Positions 56,634 through 64,000 of a stretch of 64,000 nt of DNA are shown here, piece by piece (position 1 is the first letter of the stretch; every line of letters begins with the position of its first letter). Made by a program: the position numbers and the translations under genes. A model generated the notes under the pieces. The model was not told the origin of the DNA, did no database searches, and saw nothing but the letters and a program-made list of their open reading frames with translations. The stretch spans positions 1-64,000 of the forward strand of contig JAWKSZ010000043.1 of the NCBI GenBank assembly GCA_041402045.1. The letters run 5' to 3'. The stretch comes from Planctomycetota bacterium. Its GTDB lineage: Bacteria > Planctomycetota > J058.

Positions 56634-59600
56634 CTACTCGGGCAGCTCGAGGAGCACGCGGAAGCCGACGTCGTCGTAGCCCTTGATCGTGCGCCCGCGG
56701 CGCGAGGTCGCCCGCGTGTCCTGGAGCGGGGTGCAGAAGCTGCCCCCGCGGTAGATCCCGGCGCTGCCCGAGGCCTCGAAGGGGTCCGTGAGCTCGGTGG
56801 TGCTGTCGAGGGGGTAGGCGGTGAAGCCGTCGCGCACCCACTCCGCCGCGTTCCCGATCGTGTCGTAGAGCCCGAAGGGGTTGGGCGCGACGCCCTCGCG
56901 CCCGACCGCGGCGAGGAGCGTGGCCCCGTCGCTGCAGCCGAAGTACTCCTGCCCGCGGCCCTGGAGCTTGGGGGCGTAGGCCTCGACGTAGTCGTCGTCC
57001 TTGACGTTGGCGCGGTCCCGCGCCCCGGCGACGGACTTGCCCCAGAACCACGGACCCCGCGTGCCCGCGCGGCAGGCGTACTCCCACTCGGCCTCGGTGG
57101 GCAGGCGCAGGCGCCCGGCGAGGCCGGCCGCCTCCCCGAGCTTCGCGCAGAAGCTCGAGGCATCGATCCGGGTGACGCCCACCGCGGGCCAGGCGGGGTC
57201 CTCGAGGCTGAGGGTCGGCGGCTCGGCGAGCCCGGCGCGCCCCTCGTGGGGGGTGAACTCGGGGGCGGTGTAGGCGCCCATGACCGCCGCGTACTGCGCC
57301 TGGCTGACCTCCCACGCGCTGAGGTAGAAGCCGCGGGTCAGGCGCACGAGGTGCGGCCGCGCGTCGTCGTCCCGCGCGCGGAAGAAGGGGTCGTCCTCGG
57401 GGTTGGAGCCGCGGGAGTAGACCCCCGGCGGGATCAGCACGAACTCGATCCCCTCGACGGTCTTCGTCAGCGGCTGGTTGTGATCCTTGGCGAAGCTCTC
57501 CTGCGCCGGGGTCACCGTCCACCAGGCGCCCTCGAGGACCTTGGGGGCCTTGCGGGTGACCTGGGCCTCGCCGCGGCCCTCGTTGCCCACGTCGTCGGTG
57601 GCCGCGACGGCGAAGGTGTAGGTCCCTTCGGAGTCGATCTTGATCCCCTTCCACACCCACACGCTGCCCACCCGCTGCGGGGGGCCCTGCTGCACGGTCC
57701 CGGCCCCGCGCTTCTCCAGGGTCACGGCGCTCGGCGGCTGGGCCTCGCCGGAGATCCGCACCTGGACGTCCACCTGGGTGATCGCCTCGGGGTCGCCCTC
57801 GGGCCAGGCGGTGGGCACGACCTCGACCTCGACGGTCGGCGGGGTCGCGTCGCGCACCGCGACCAGCTCCAGGCGCGTCTCGTTGCCCACCTCGTCGCGG
57901 GCCACCACCGCCGCGGTGTGCTCGCCCTCGCTGCCGAGGGCCCAGCTCCCGCGGAACACGCCGTCGGCCGCGGCCTCGAGGGCCACCCCGTCGAGGGTCA
58001 CCCCCGCCAGGTCGTGGTCCTGGGCGCGGACCTCGACCGGCACGGCCGCGTCGCGGGTGCGCAGGGGCGCGCCGTCGGGGGACTGGGGCGGGAGCCGGAG
58101 CTGGAGCGTCGGCGGCTGGCGCAGGAGCTCCTCGCGCTCGGCCGCGAGCCGCTTCTGCTCTTCCTCGCTCTCCGTCTCCTGGTCCTTGACCACCTGCTCG
58201 CGGTCGCGGAGCTCGGCCTGCTGGCGCTCGAGCTCGCGCTGGTGCCGCGCGCGGCTGAAGAAGGCCAGCGCCCCGTAGGTCACCCCCGCGAACACCAGCA
58301 CCAAGGTCAGCGCCGTGAGCGCCGCGGGCTTGGGGTTGCGCCGCACCCAGCGCCGGAGCTGCTCCAGCGCGCTCGGGCGCTGGGCCACGATCTTCGTGCT
58401 GGCCTGGTAGCGGCGCAGGTCCTCCGCCAGGGTCTCCATGCTCGGGTAGCGGTGGCCGACCTCCTTCTCCAGGCAGTGGAGCACGATCGTCTCCAGGTCC
58501 TCGGGCACCTCCGCGCGCTGGCGGCGCAGCGTGGGCGGGCTCTTGGAGAGCACCTGGTGGATCACCGCGCCCACGGTCTTGCCTACGAAGGGCGGGCGCC
58601 CGACGAGCGCGTAGTAGAGGGTCGCCCCCGCGCCGTAGACGTCGGCGCGGGCGTCGACCGGCGCGGCCATGCCCGCCTGCTCCGGCGGCATGTAGCCCGG
58701 GGTGCCCAGCAGGGTGAAGCCCTGGGTCAGCCCCTGGCTCGGGTCCTCCTCGAGCAGCTTGGCCAGGCCGAAGTCGGTGAGGCGCACCGTGCCTTCGCGG
58801 TCGAGCATGACGTTGTGCGGCTTGACGTCGCGGTGCAGCACGTTCTGCGCGTGGGCGTAGCCCAGGGCGTCCGCCAGCGCCGCGCCGATCTCGGCGGCGC
58901 GCGCCGGGGGCAGCGGGCCTTCGCGCTCGACGAGGTCGTGGAGGGTCTCGCCCTCGACGAGCTCCATGGCCATGTACCACAGCTGGCTGCGCTCGTCCTG
59001 CTCGAGGTCGAGCACGCTCACCAGGTTCTTGTGGCTCAAGCGTCCGGCGGCGCGGCCCTCGACCAGGAAGCGCTGGACCCCGGTCTCGGCGCCCGGGGGC
59101 GCGCGCAGGACCTTGAGCGCGACCTTGCGGTCGGTGCGCAGGTGCACGGCCTCGTAGACCGCGCCCATGCCGCCGGCGCCCAGGGCCTTGAGCAGGCGGT
59201 AGGGCCCCAGGCGCGAGGGGATCGCCGAGCCCGGCTTGCCGCGGGGGATCGTGGCCTGGCTCTGCTGGAGCTGGCTGCCCTGGCTGGCCTGGGTCGGCGG
59301 GTCGACCTGGGTGTCGCCAGGGCCGGCCGACGCCGGCCCTTCGCGGGTGTGTTCGGCCCGGGTCTGCTCGTCGCCGCCGTGGCTCGACGCCGCGGGGGGC
59401 GGCGGCGGGGTCAGCCCGGGGTGCGCCCCGGTGTGGGAGCCCGTCTGCGAGCCGTGCTGCCAGCCGGGTTGGGAGTGGAACCCGCCCACCCGCGAGTCGA
59501 AGGCGTTGGGGTGCGCGGCCACGTTCGAGTCCGAGAGCGTGCGCGCCGCGCGCACGTCGCCCCCGTCGCTGAAGGTCGAGTCGGGGCCCTCGCTGAAGTC

Positions 59601-60080
59601 GGGGAGCGCGATCGGCCCCGACTGGTTGAGCGTGCTCTCCAGGTCCGAGGGCGCCCCGGCCAGGGTCCGCGCGTCGCGGTCGAAGGCCGCCAGCGGCGGC
59701 TCGTCGTCCTGAGGCGGCGGGCTGTAGAGCGTGGGCGCGTTGGGGTCGAGGGGCTGGTCCAGGGCGCTGGGGCGAGCGCCGACCCCCGGCGGGAGCGGGG
59801 CCTCGGCGAAGGTCATGGCGCCCCGGTCCACCGACGGCGGCGCGGGCGCGGCCTCGGCGAAGGTCATGGCGTCCCGGTCCACCGACGGCGGCGGCGGCGC
59901 GGCCTCGGCGAAGGTCATGGCGTCCCGGTCCACCGACGGCGGCGGCGGCGCGGCCTCGGCGAAGGTCATGGCGTCCCGGTCCACCGGCGGCGGCGGCGGC
60001 GCGGGGGGCGGCGGGTCCGGGTGCAGGGGCTGACCCGAGGGGTCGAAGGGCTGCTCGTCGTCGGGAGGGGTGCCGCTCAC
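56634..60080 (-). CDS. Ser/Thr protein kinase with N-terminal PPPPSVDRDAMTFAEAA x4 repeats, TM helix, Ig-like region and C-terminal FGE-sulfatase domain
   Basis: Kinase motifs GAGGMGAVYEA, HRDVKPHNVML and DFGLAK. C-terminal RLPTEAEWEYACRAG...GNAAEWV...RGGSF. 1,148 aa. Confidence 0.8.
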   Translation of the reverse strand: MSGTPPDDEQPFDPSGQPLHPDPPPPAPPPPPVDRDAMTFAEAAPPPPSVDRDAMTFAEAAPPPPSVDRDAMTFAEAAPAPPSVDRGAMTFAEAPLPPGVGARPSALDQPLDPNAPTLYSPPPQDDEPPLAAFDRDARTLAGAPSDLESTLNQSGPIALPDFSEGPDSTFSDGGDVRAARTLSDSNVAAHPNAFDSRVGGFHSQPGWQHGSQTGSHTGAHPGLTPPPPPAASSHGGDEQTRAEHTREGPASAGPGDTQVDPPTQASQGSQLQQSQATIPRGKPGSAIPSRLGPYRLLKALGAGGMGAVYEAVHLRTDRKVALKVLRAPPGAETGVQRFLVEGRAAGRLSHKNLVSVLDLEQDERSQLWYMAMELVEGETLHDLVEREGPLPPARAAEIGAALADALGYAHAQNVLHRDVKPHNVMLDREGTVRLTDFGLAKLLEEDPSQGLTQGFTLLGTPGYMPPEQAGMAAPVDARADVYGAGATLYYALVGRPPFVGKTVGAVIHQVLSKSPPTLRRQRAEVPEDLETIVLHCLEKEVGHRYPSMETLAEDLRRYQASTKIVAQRPSALEQLRRWVRRNPKPAALTALTLVLVFAGVTYGALAFFSRARHQRELERQQAELRDREQVVKDQETESEEEQKRLAAEREELLRQPPTLQLRLPPQSPDGAPLRTRDAAVPVEVRAQDHDLAGVTLDGVALEAAADGVFRGSWALGSEGEHTAAVVARDEVGNETRLELVAVRDATPPTVEVEVVPTAWPEGDPEAITQVDVQVRISGEAQPPSAVTLEKRGAGTVQQGPPQRVGSVWVWKGIKIDSEGTYTFAVAATDDVGNEGRGEAQVTRKAPKVLEGAWWTVTPAQESFAKDHNQPLTKTVEGIEFVLIPPGVYSRGSNPEDDPFFRARDDDARPHLVRLTRGFYLSAWEVSQAQYAAVMGAYTAPEFTPHEGRAGLAEPPTLSLEDPAWPAVGVTRIDASSFCAKLGEAAGLAGRLRLPTEAEWEYACRAGTRGPWFWGKSVAGARDRANVKDDDYVEAYAPKLQGRGQEYFGCSDGATLLAAVGREGVAPNPFGLYDTIGNAAEWVRDGFTAYPLDSTTELTDPFEASGSAGIYRGGSFCTPLQDTRATSRRGRTIKGYDDVGFRVLLELPE

Positions 60081-60120
60081 GCTGGCGAGTGTAGCGCGTA
60101 GGCGGGGGCTTGTCGGCCTC

Positions 60121-61233
60121 TTACGCCTCCCCTGCGGGCTTCGAGGGTGCGTTGGGGTCGGTGACGCTCCCCTCGGCCCGAGGCGCGTTGAGCTGGGTCG
60201 GCGGCGCCGGGCGCTTGGGCCGGAGCCCGAGGAACACCAGGCTCAAGATCCGCGAGCGCAGGAGCGCCTTCTCGATCACGAGCGGGACCCCGAGCCCGAA
60301 GCCGAGGGACAGGAAGAACAGCCCGAGCCCGGCCTCCAGCCCCAGGACCTTCTTGGCCACGATCCTCGAGCCGGCGGTGCCGAACACGTGGAACAGGTAG
60401 ATCCCGTAGGAGTAGAAGCCGAGCCGCGCGAGCCAGGGGGTCTCCCAGCGGATCCGGAACAGGATCAGGCACCCGGTGAGCCCCACCAGCATGCCCAGGG
60501 CGGCGCCGCGGTATTCGGTGTCCATGCGCTCGAGCAGCGGGAGCGGCCAGCCGTACCACGACCCCTGCTGCCACACCAGCCCGAGGAGCAGGATCGCCGC
60601 CGCGGGCAGGACCACGGCCGGCCCGCGCAGCAGCGCCTCGAAGCGCCCGAGACCGACGCCGAGCAGGAAGAACGGGAGCAGGTAGAGGAACGCGGGGAAG
60701 GAGAAGAACGCGGTGACCGGGAACGGCGGGCTCCAGCGGATCAAAGCGGCGACGAGGAGCACGCCGGCCCAGCGCGCGGGGGTCTTCAGGGCCTGCACCC
60801 GCTCGAGGGCGGTCACCGTGAGGAACACGAGGAAGATCGCCTGCAAGAACCAGAAGTGGTCGAAGGAGAACAGGTAGATCCGCCAGATCTGCGAGAGCTC
60901 GACGCGGGCGTTGGTCCCGGGCACGGCCCAGCGCATGAGGAACTCGAGGGTCGCGACCGCCGCCATGGGCAGCAGGATCCGCCGCGCCTTGCCCCGCAGG
61001 AAGCCCAGGCTCTTGCCCGCGGCGACCGGGCGCAGGGTGTAGACGAACCCCGAGATCACGGTGAACAGGGGCATGCGGAAGAACTGCAGCGAGTAGTAGA
61101 AGTGGCGGAACTCGGAGTCCGCGGCGACCTTCATGCCGTTGGTCGCTTTGTCCCCGATCACGTGCCCGGCGACCATGAGAATGATCGCGAGCCCGCGCAG
61201 GGTCTCGATCGACTGATCCTTCCGCTTCGGCAC
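60121..61233 (-). CDS. acyltransferase family 3 (OpgC/OatA-like) membrane protein
   Basis: LRGLAIILMVAGHV N-terminal motif and about 10 TM helices. GTG start. Confidence 0.8.
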   Translation of the reverse strand: MPKRKDQSIETLRGLAIILMVAGHVIGDKATNGMKVAADSEFRHFYYSLQFFRMPLFTVISGFVYTLRPVAAGKSLGFLRGKARRILLPMAAVATLEFLMRWAVPGTNARVELSQIWRIYLFSFDHFWFLQAIFLVFLTVTALERVQALKTPARWAGVLLVAALIRWSPPFPVTAFFSFPAFLYLLPFFLLGVGLGRFEALLRGPAVVLPAAAILLLGLVWQQGSWYGWPLPLLERMDTEYRGAALGMLVGLTGCLILFRIRWETPWLARLGFYSYGIYLFHVFGTAGSRIVAKKVLGLEAGLGLFFLSLGFGLGVPLVIEKALLRSRILSLVFLGLRPKRPAPPTQLNAPRAEGSVTDPNAPSKPAGEA

Positions 61234-61391
61234 GGCGCGGAGGATACCCAGCCTGTGCAGCGACGTCTCGCCTCGGGTGACGCCCGTGGGGCGCGCCCGG
61301 GTAAACCGCTTCCCGCGCGAACGCTAACTCCTTGTGTCGGATCTCGGCCCGGGGCGTGCACTGCGTCCGCCCGCGGGGAAGGAGGCGAGGC

Positions 61392-61817
61392 ATGTCGAGC
61401 AAGAAGCGGTTGGCGCTGTTCCTGGCGGTGTTCGTGGGCGGGGCGCTGTGGTTCGGGCTCCCCTTCGCCCGGGCCCTGCGCTACCGCAACGACTGCCAGC
61501 TCCTGGTGGACGAGGTCGCCCGAGACCCCGTCCCCGAGGGGCTGTTCGCGCTCCCCGAGCGCGCTCGCGCCCTGGCGCCGGCGGCGGGGATCGACCCCGC
61601 GGTCGTCCGCCTCGAGGTCGGCCTGCGGCGCCTGGGCCTGCCCGAGGCGCCCCGCTACCGCGTGGAGCTGAACATGGTCCACGGCCCCTGGGACGACCGC
61701 GTGGTCGCGGGGATCGACGGCCAGCGCGTCGACTTGGACTACCTGGAGGCGCTGGTCGAGGGCGGCGTGGAGCTGCGCGGCATGGCGGAGGAGTCCGCCG
61801 AGCTCGAGGCCCGCTAA
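61392..61817 (+). CDS. hypothetical membrane-anchored protein
   Basis: Start MSSKKRLALFLAVFVGG with GGAGG RBS. Internal part of ORF 61332..61817. Confidence 0.5.
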   Translation: MSSKKRLALFLAVFVGGALWFGLPFARALRYRNDCQLLVDEVARDPVPEGLFALPERARALAPAAGIDPAVVRLEVGLRRLGLPEAPRYRVELNMVHGPWDDRVVAGIDGQRVDLDYLEALVEGGVELRGMAEESAELEAR

Positions 61818-61957
61818 ACGGAAGTGCGCGATTCTGAGTGGTCAGCACTGAGACCACGTGCTGACCCTCCACCGAATCGCGCCTTCCGTGTAGCTACTGG
61901 AAGCTCTGCCTGGGCGCTAGCGTTCGGGAGACTCGGCGCTGCAGGACACGTCACGGC

Positions 61958-62074
61958 CAAGCGAAGCCTCTACTAGAAACCAGAGTCACGATCCTGAGCG
62001 GGCGAGCGAGCGCCAGATCGCTGACGACATGGGAGCCACTCTCGCCCGCTCAGAATCGTGAACTCTGGTTTAGC
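61958..62074. repeat. structured hairpin repeat, copy 2 (arms ccagagtcacgatcctgagcgggcgag / ctcgcccgctcagaatcgtgaactctgg)
   Basis: Same element as 55308..55425. Base changes between copies preserve pairing (ccgg/ccgg versus ccag/ctgg). Sits between convergent gene ends. Confidence 0.6.
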
Positions 62075-62079
62075 AGCTG

Positions 62080-62613
62080 TTAGACGAGCGCCGAGAGCGT
62101 GGTCAAGGACTCGAAGCGGTAGCCCGCCTCCTCGATCCGCTCGCGGCCGCCGGCCTCGCGATCGACCATGCACCACACCCCGAGCACCGTCGCCTGCTCG
62201 GCGACGCGCTCGGCGGCCTTGAGCACCGAGCCGCCGGAGGTGACCACGTCCTCGACCAGGACCACGCGGTCGTCGGCGCCGAGGCTCGCGCCCTCGATCG
62301 CCTTGCCCAGCCCGTGCCCCTTGGGGGTCGGGCGCACGTAGACGAGCTTGAGGGGCACGCCGTCCTGGGCGGCGAGCACCCCGGTGGCGGACACCAGCGG
62401 GCAGGCGCCGGTGACCGGCCCCGCGAGGCAGGTCGCGCCCCAGCGCTGGGCCATGGCCAGGATCTCGCGCCCGAGGAGCAAGGACCCCAGCGGGTCCAGG
62501 CTCACCTTGCGCCCGTCGACGTAGACGGTGCTGGTGCCGCCGGAGGCGAGCTGGATCGGGGGGCCGTGCGCCACGCTCCGGCGCAAGTGCTGAAGGAGTT
62601 CGCTGTCGCTCAT
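62080..62613 (-). CDS. pyrE: orotate phosphoribosyltransferase
   Basis: PRTase motif VVLVEDVVTSGGS. 177 aa, the short OPRTase type. Confidence 0.85.
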   Translation of the reverse strand: MSDSELLQHLRRSVAHGPPIQLASGGTSTVYVDGRKVSLDPLGSLLLGREILAMAQRWGATCLAGPVTGACPLVSATGVLAAQDGVPLKLVYVRPTPKGHGLGKAIEGASLGADDRVVLVEDVVTSGGSVLKAAERVAEQATVLGVWCMVDREAGGRERIEEAGYRFESLTTLSALV

Positions 62614-62671
62614 GGCGCGATCTTACGCGCTGGCGGGCGAGGGGTAGAATTCCCCCGAAGGGGAGGTCCGG

Positions 62672-64000
62672 GTGGCCGCGCTCCAGACACGGGACAGCGA
62701 GCTCGTCGAGCTCGGCGGGGTGTGGGTCGCGCGCAGCGTCCCCGGGCTCTACCAGCGCTGGGTGCGCGAGCACGCCCACGAGCCGGTGGTCTACCGCCGC
62801 GCCGCCGGCGCCTGGCACGGGATCACCGCGCTGGCCCAGGCGGAGCAGGTCGAGCGCCTCGCTCGGGGCCTGATCGCCCTCGAGGTGGCCCCCGGCGACC
62901 GGGTGGGGATCCTGGCCGAGACGTCGGCCGAGTGGGCGGTGGCGGACCAGGCAATCCTGCACGTGGGCGGGGTGACGGTCGGGGTCTACCCCACGCTCCT
63001 CGGGCCGCAGGTGGCCTACCAGCTCGACCACGCCCAGGTGCGCGTGCTGTTCGTCTCCGACGTGGCGCAGCTGACCAAGGTCCGCGCGATCCGCGAGCAG
63101 GTCCCGAGCCTGGAGCGGATCGTGCTCTTCACCCCGGGGGTCGGGCAGCAGAGCGCGCCGAGCGACGCCCTGGACCTCGCCGCCCTCGAGGCGCTGGGCG
63201 CCAGCGTGTCCCCCGACGAGGTCGAGGCGCGCTGGCGCGCCCTGGGCCCCGACGACCTCGCGACCCTGATCTACACCTCGGGCACCACCGGGCAGCCCAA
63301 GGGCGCGGAGCTGACCCACGGCAACCTGACCTTCACCGCGGTGGCGGCGGCGACCGCGCACCCGCCCGGCGTCGACGAGCGCACCGTGGTGTTCCTGCCC
63401 CTGGCCCACGTGCTCCAGCGCTGGATCTGCTACGCCGCGCTGACCCGCGGCGCGGTGCAGTACTTCGCGGCCTCGCACCACACGATCATGGACGACCTGC
63501 GCACCGCCGAGCCGAACTTCCAGGTCTCGGTCCCGCGGATCTGGGAGAAGGTCCACGCGCGGATCCTCGAGCGCCTGGGCCAGGCGCCCAAGCACCGCCA
63601 GCGGCTGTTCGCCTGGGCGCTGGGGGTCGGGCGGCGCGCGATCCCCTACCGCGAGCGCCAGGCCACGCTCCCGCTGCGCCTGCGGCTCGAGGCCGCGGTC
63701 GCCTCGCGGGTGGTGTGGAGCCCGCTCAAGGCGCGGCTGTTCGGCACGCGCCTGCAGTACCTCAGCTCGGGGGGCGCGCCGATCGGGCGCGCGCTGCTCG
63801 AGTTCTTCCTGTCCCTCGACGTGTTGATCCTCGAGGGCTGGGGCCTGACCGAGACCTCGGCCCCGGCCACGATCAACCGCCCGCTGGCCTTCCGCCTGGG
63901 CAGCGTGGGCCAGCCCTTGCCCGGGGTCGAGATCAAGGTCGCCCCCGACGGCGAGCTCTGCGTGCGCGGCCCCGGCGTGTTCCGCGGCTACCACCTCGAC
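62672..64000 (+). CDS. AMP-dependent synthetase/ligase (long-chain fatty-acid-CoA ligase-like), 3' partial at the window end
   Basis: Not in the ORF track because there is no stop before the window end. GTG start with GGGGAGG RBS. AMP-binding motif IYTSGTTGQPKG. Confidence 0.8.
   Translation, partial: MAALQTRDSELVELGGVWVARSVPGLYQRWVREHAHEPVVYRRAAGAWHGITALAQAEQVERLARGLIALEVAPGDRVGILAETSAEWAVADQAILHVGGVTVGVYPTLLGPQVAYQLDHAQVRVLFVSDVAQLTKVRAIREQVPSLERIVLFTPGVGQQSAPSDALDLAALEALGASVSPDEVEARWRALGPDDLATLIYTSGTTGQPKGAELTHGNLTFTAVAAATAHPPGVDERTVVFLPLAHVLQRWICYAALTRGAVQYFAASHHTIMDDLRTAEPNFQVSVPRIWEKVHARILERLGQAPKHRQRLFAWALGVGRRAIPYRERQATLPLRLRLEAAVASRVVWSPLKARLFGTRLQYLSSGGAPIGRALLEFFLSLDVLILEGWGLTETSAPATINRPLAFRLGSVGQPLPGVEIKVAPDGELCVRGPGVFRGYHLD

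Noticed and set aside
1-64000. tRNA or rRNA genes
   Set aside because: No intergenic region shows a cloverleaf-compatible 70-90 nt segment or rRNA-like conserved blocks by eye. A tRNAscan-SE/Infernal run would be needed to be certain.

Overview
This is a 64-kb window of roughly 70-72% GC, so all six frames contain long spurious ORFs. I picked real genes by amino-acid composition, third-position GC, RBS and start context, and recognisable family motifs. The gene content looks like Myxococcota: many eukaryotic-like Ser/Thr kinases (two fused to FGE-sulfatase domains), a tandem kinase-like membrane protein, TPR proteins, and a flotillin/NfeD pair. I support about 48 CDS and found no rRNA, tRNA or CRISPR array by eye. 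Housekeeping anchors are rpsD, purF (B. subtilis type with propeptide), pyrE, cobB (sirtuin) and bcp, plus an MFS transporter, a GDPD, an ATP-dependent DNA ligase, an aldehyde dehydrogenase and a LysR regulator. The main observations worth a second look are listed here.
- An NfeD-flotillin-giant (about 1,700 aa) AAA+ ATPase operon on the minus strand at 4.4-12.8 kb.
- A candidate selenoprotein (AhpC/TSA-like, U-x-x-C) with an fdhF-like SECIS hairpin, divergent from a CarH-like B12/MerR light-sensor regulator.
- A KaiC/RecA-like ATPase with a Met/Gly/Gln-rich low-complexity N-terminus, translationally coupled to an ATP-dependent DNA ligase.
- A four-domain RNA-repair-like enzyme (cyclic-end-recognition + EEP + 2H/LigT + nucleotidyltransferase).
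- A structured hairpin repeat family with compensatory base changes sitting at convergent gene ends.
- A lower-GC 3.5-kb islet (LysR plus SnoaL-NmrA-pirin) flanked by a direct repeat of an aldehyde-dehydrogenase 3' end.
- A striking number of single-base frame discontinuities, mostly in G/C homopolymers, which suggests indel errors in the assembly (or multiple pseudogenes).
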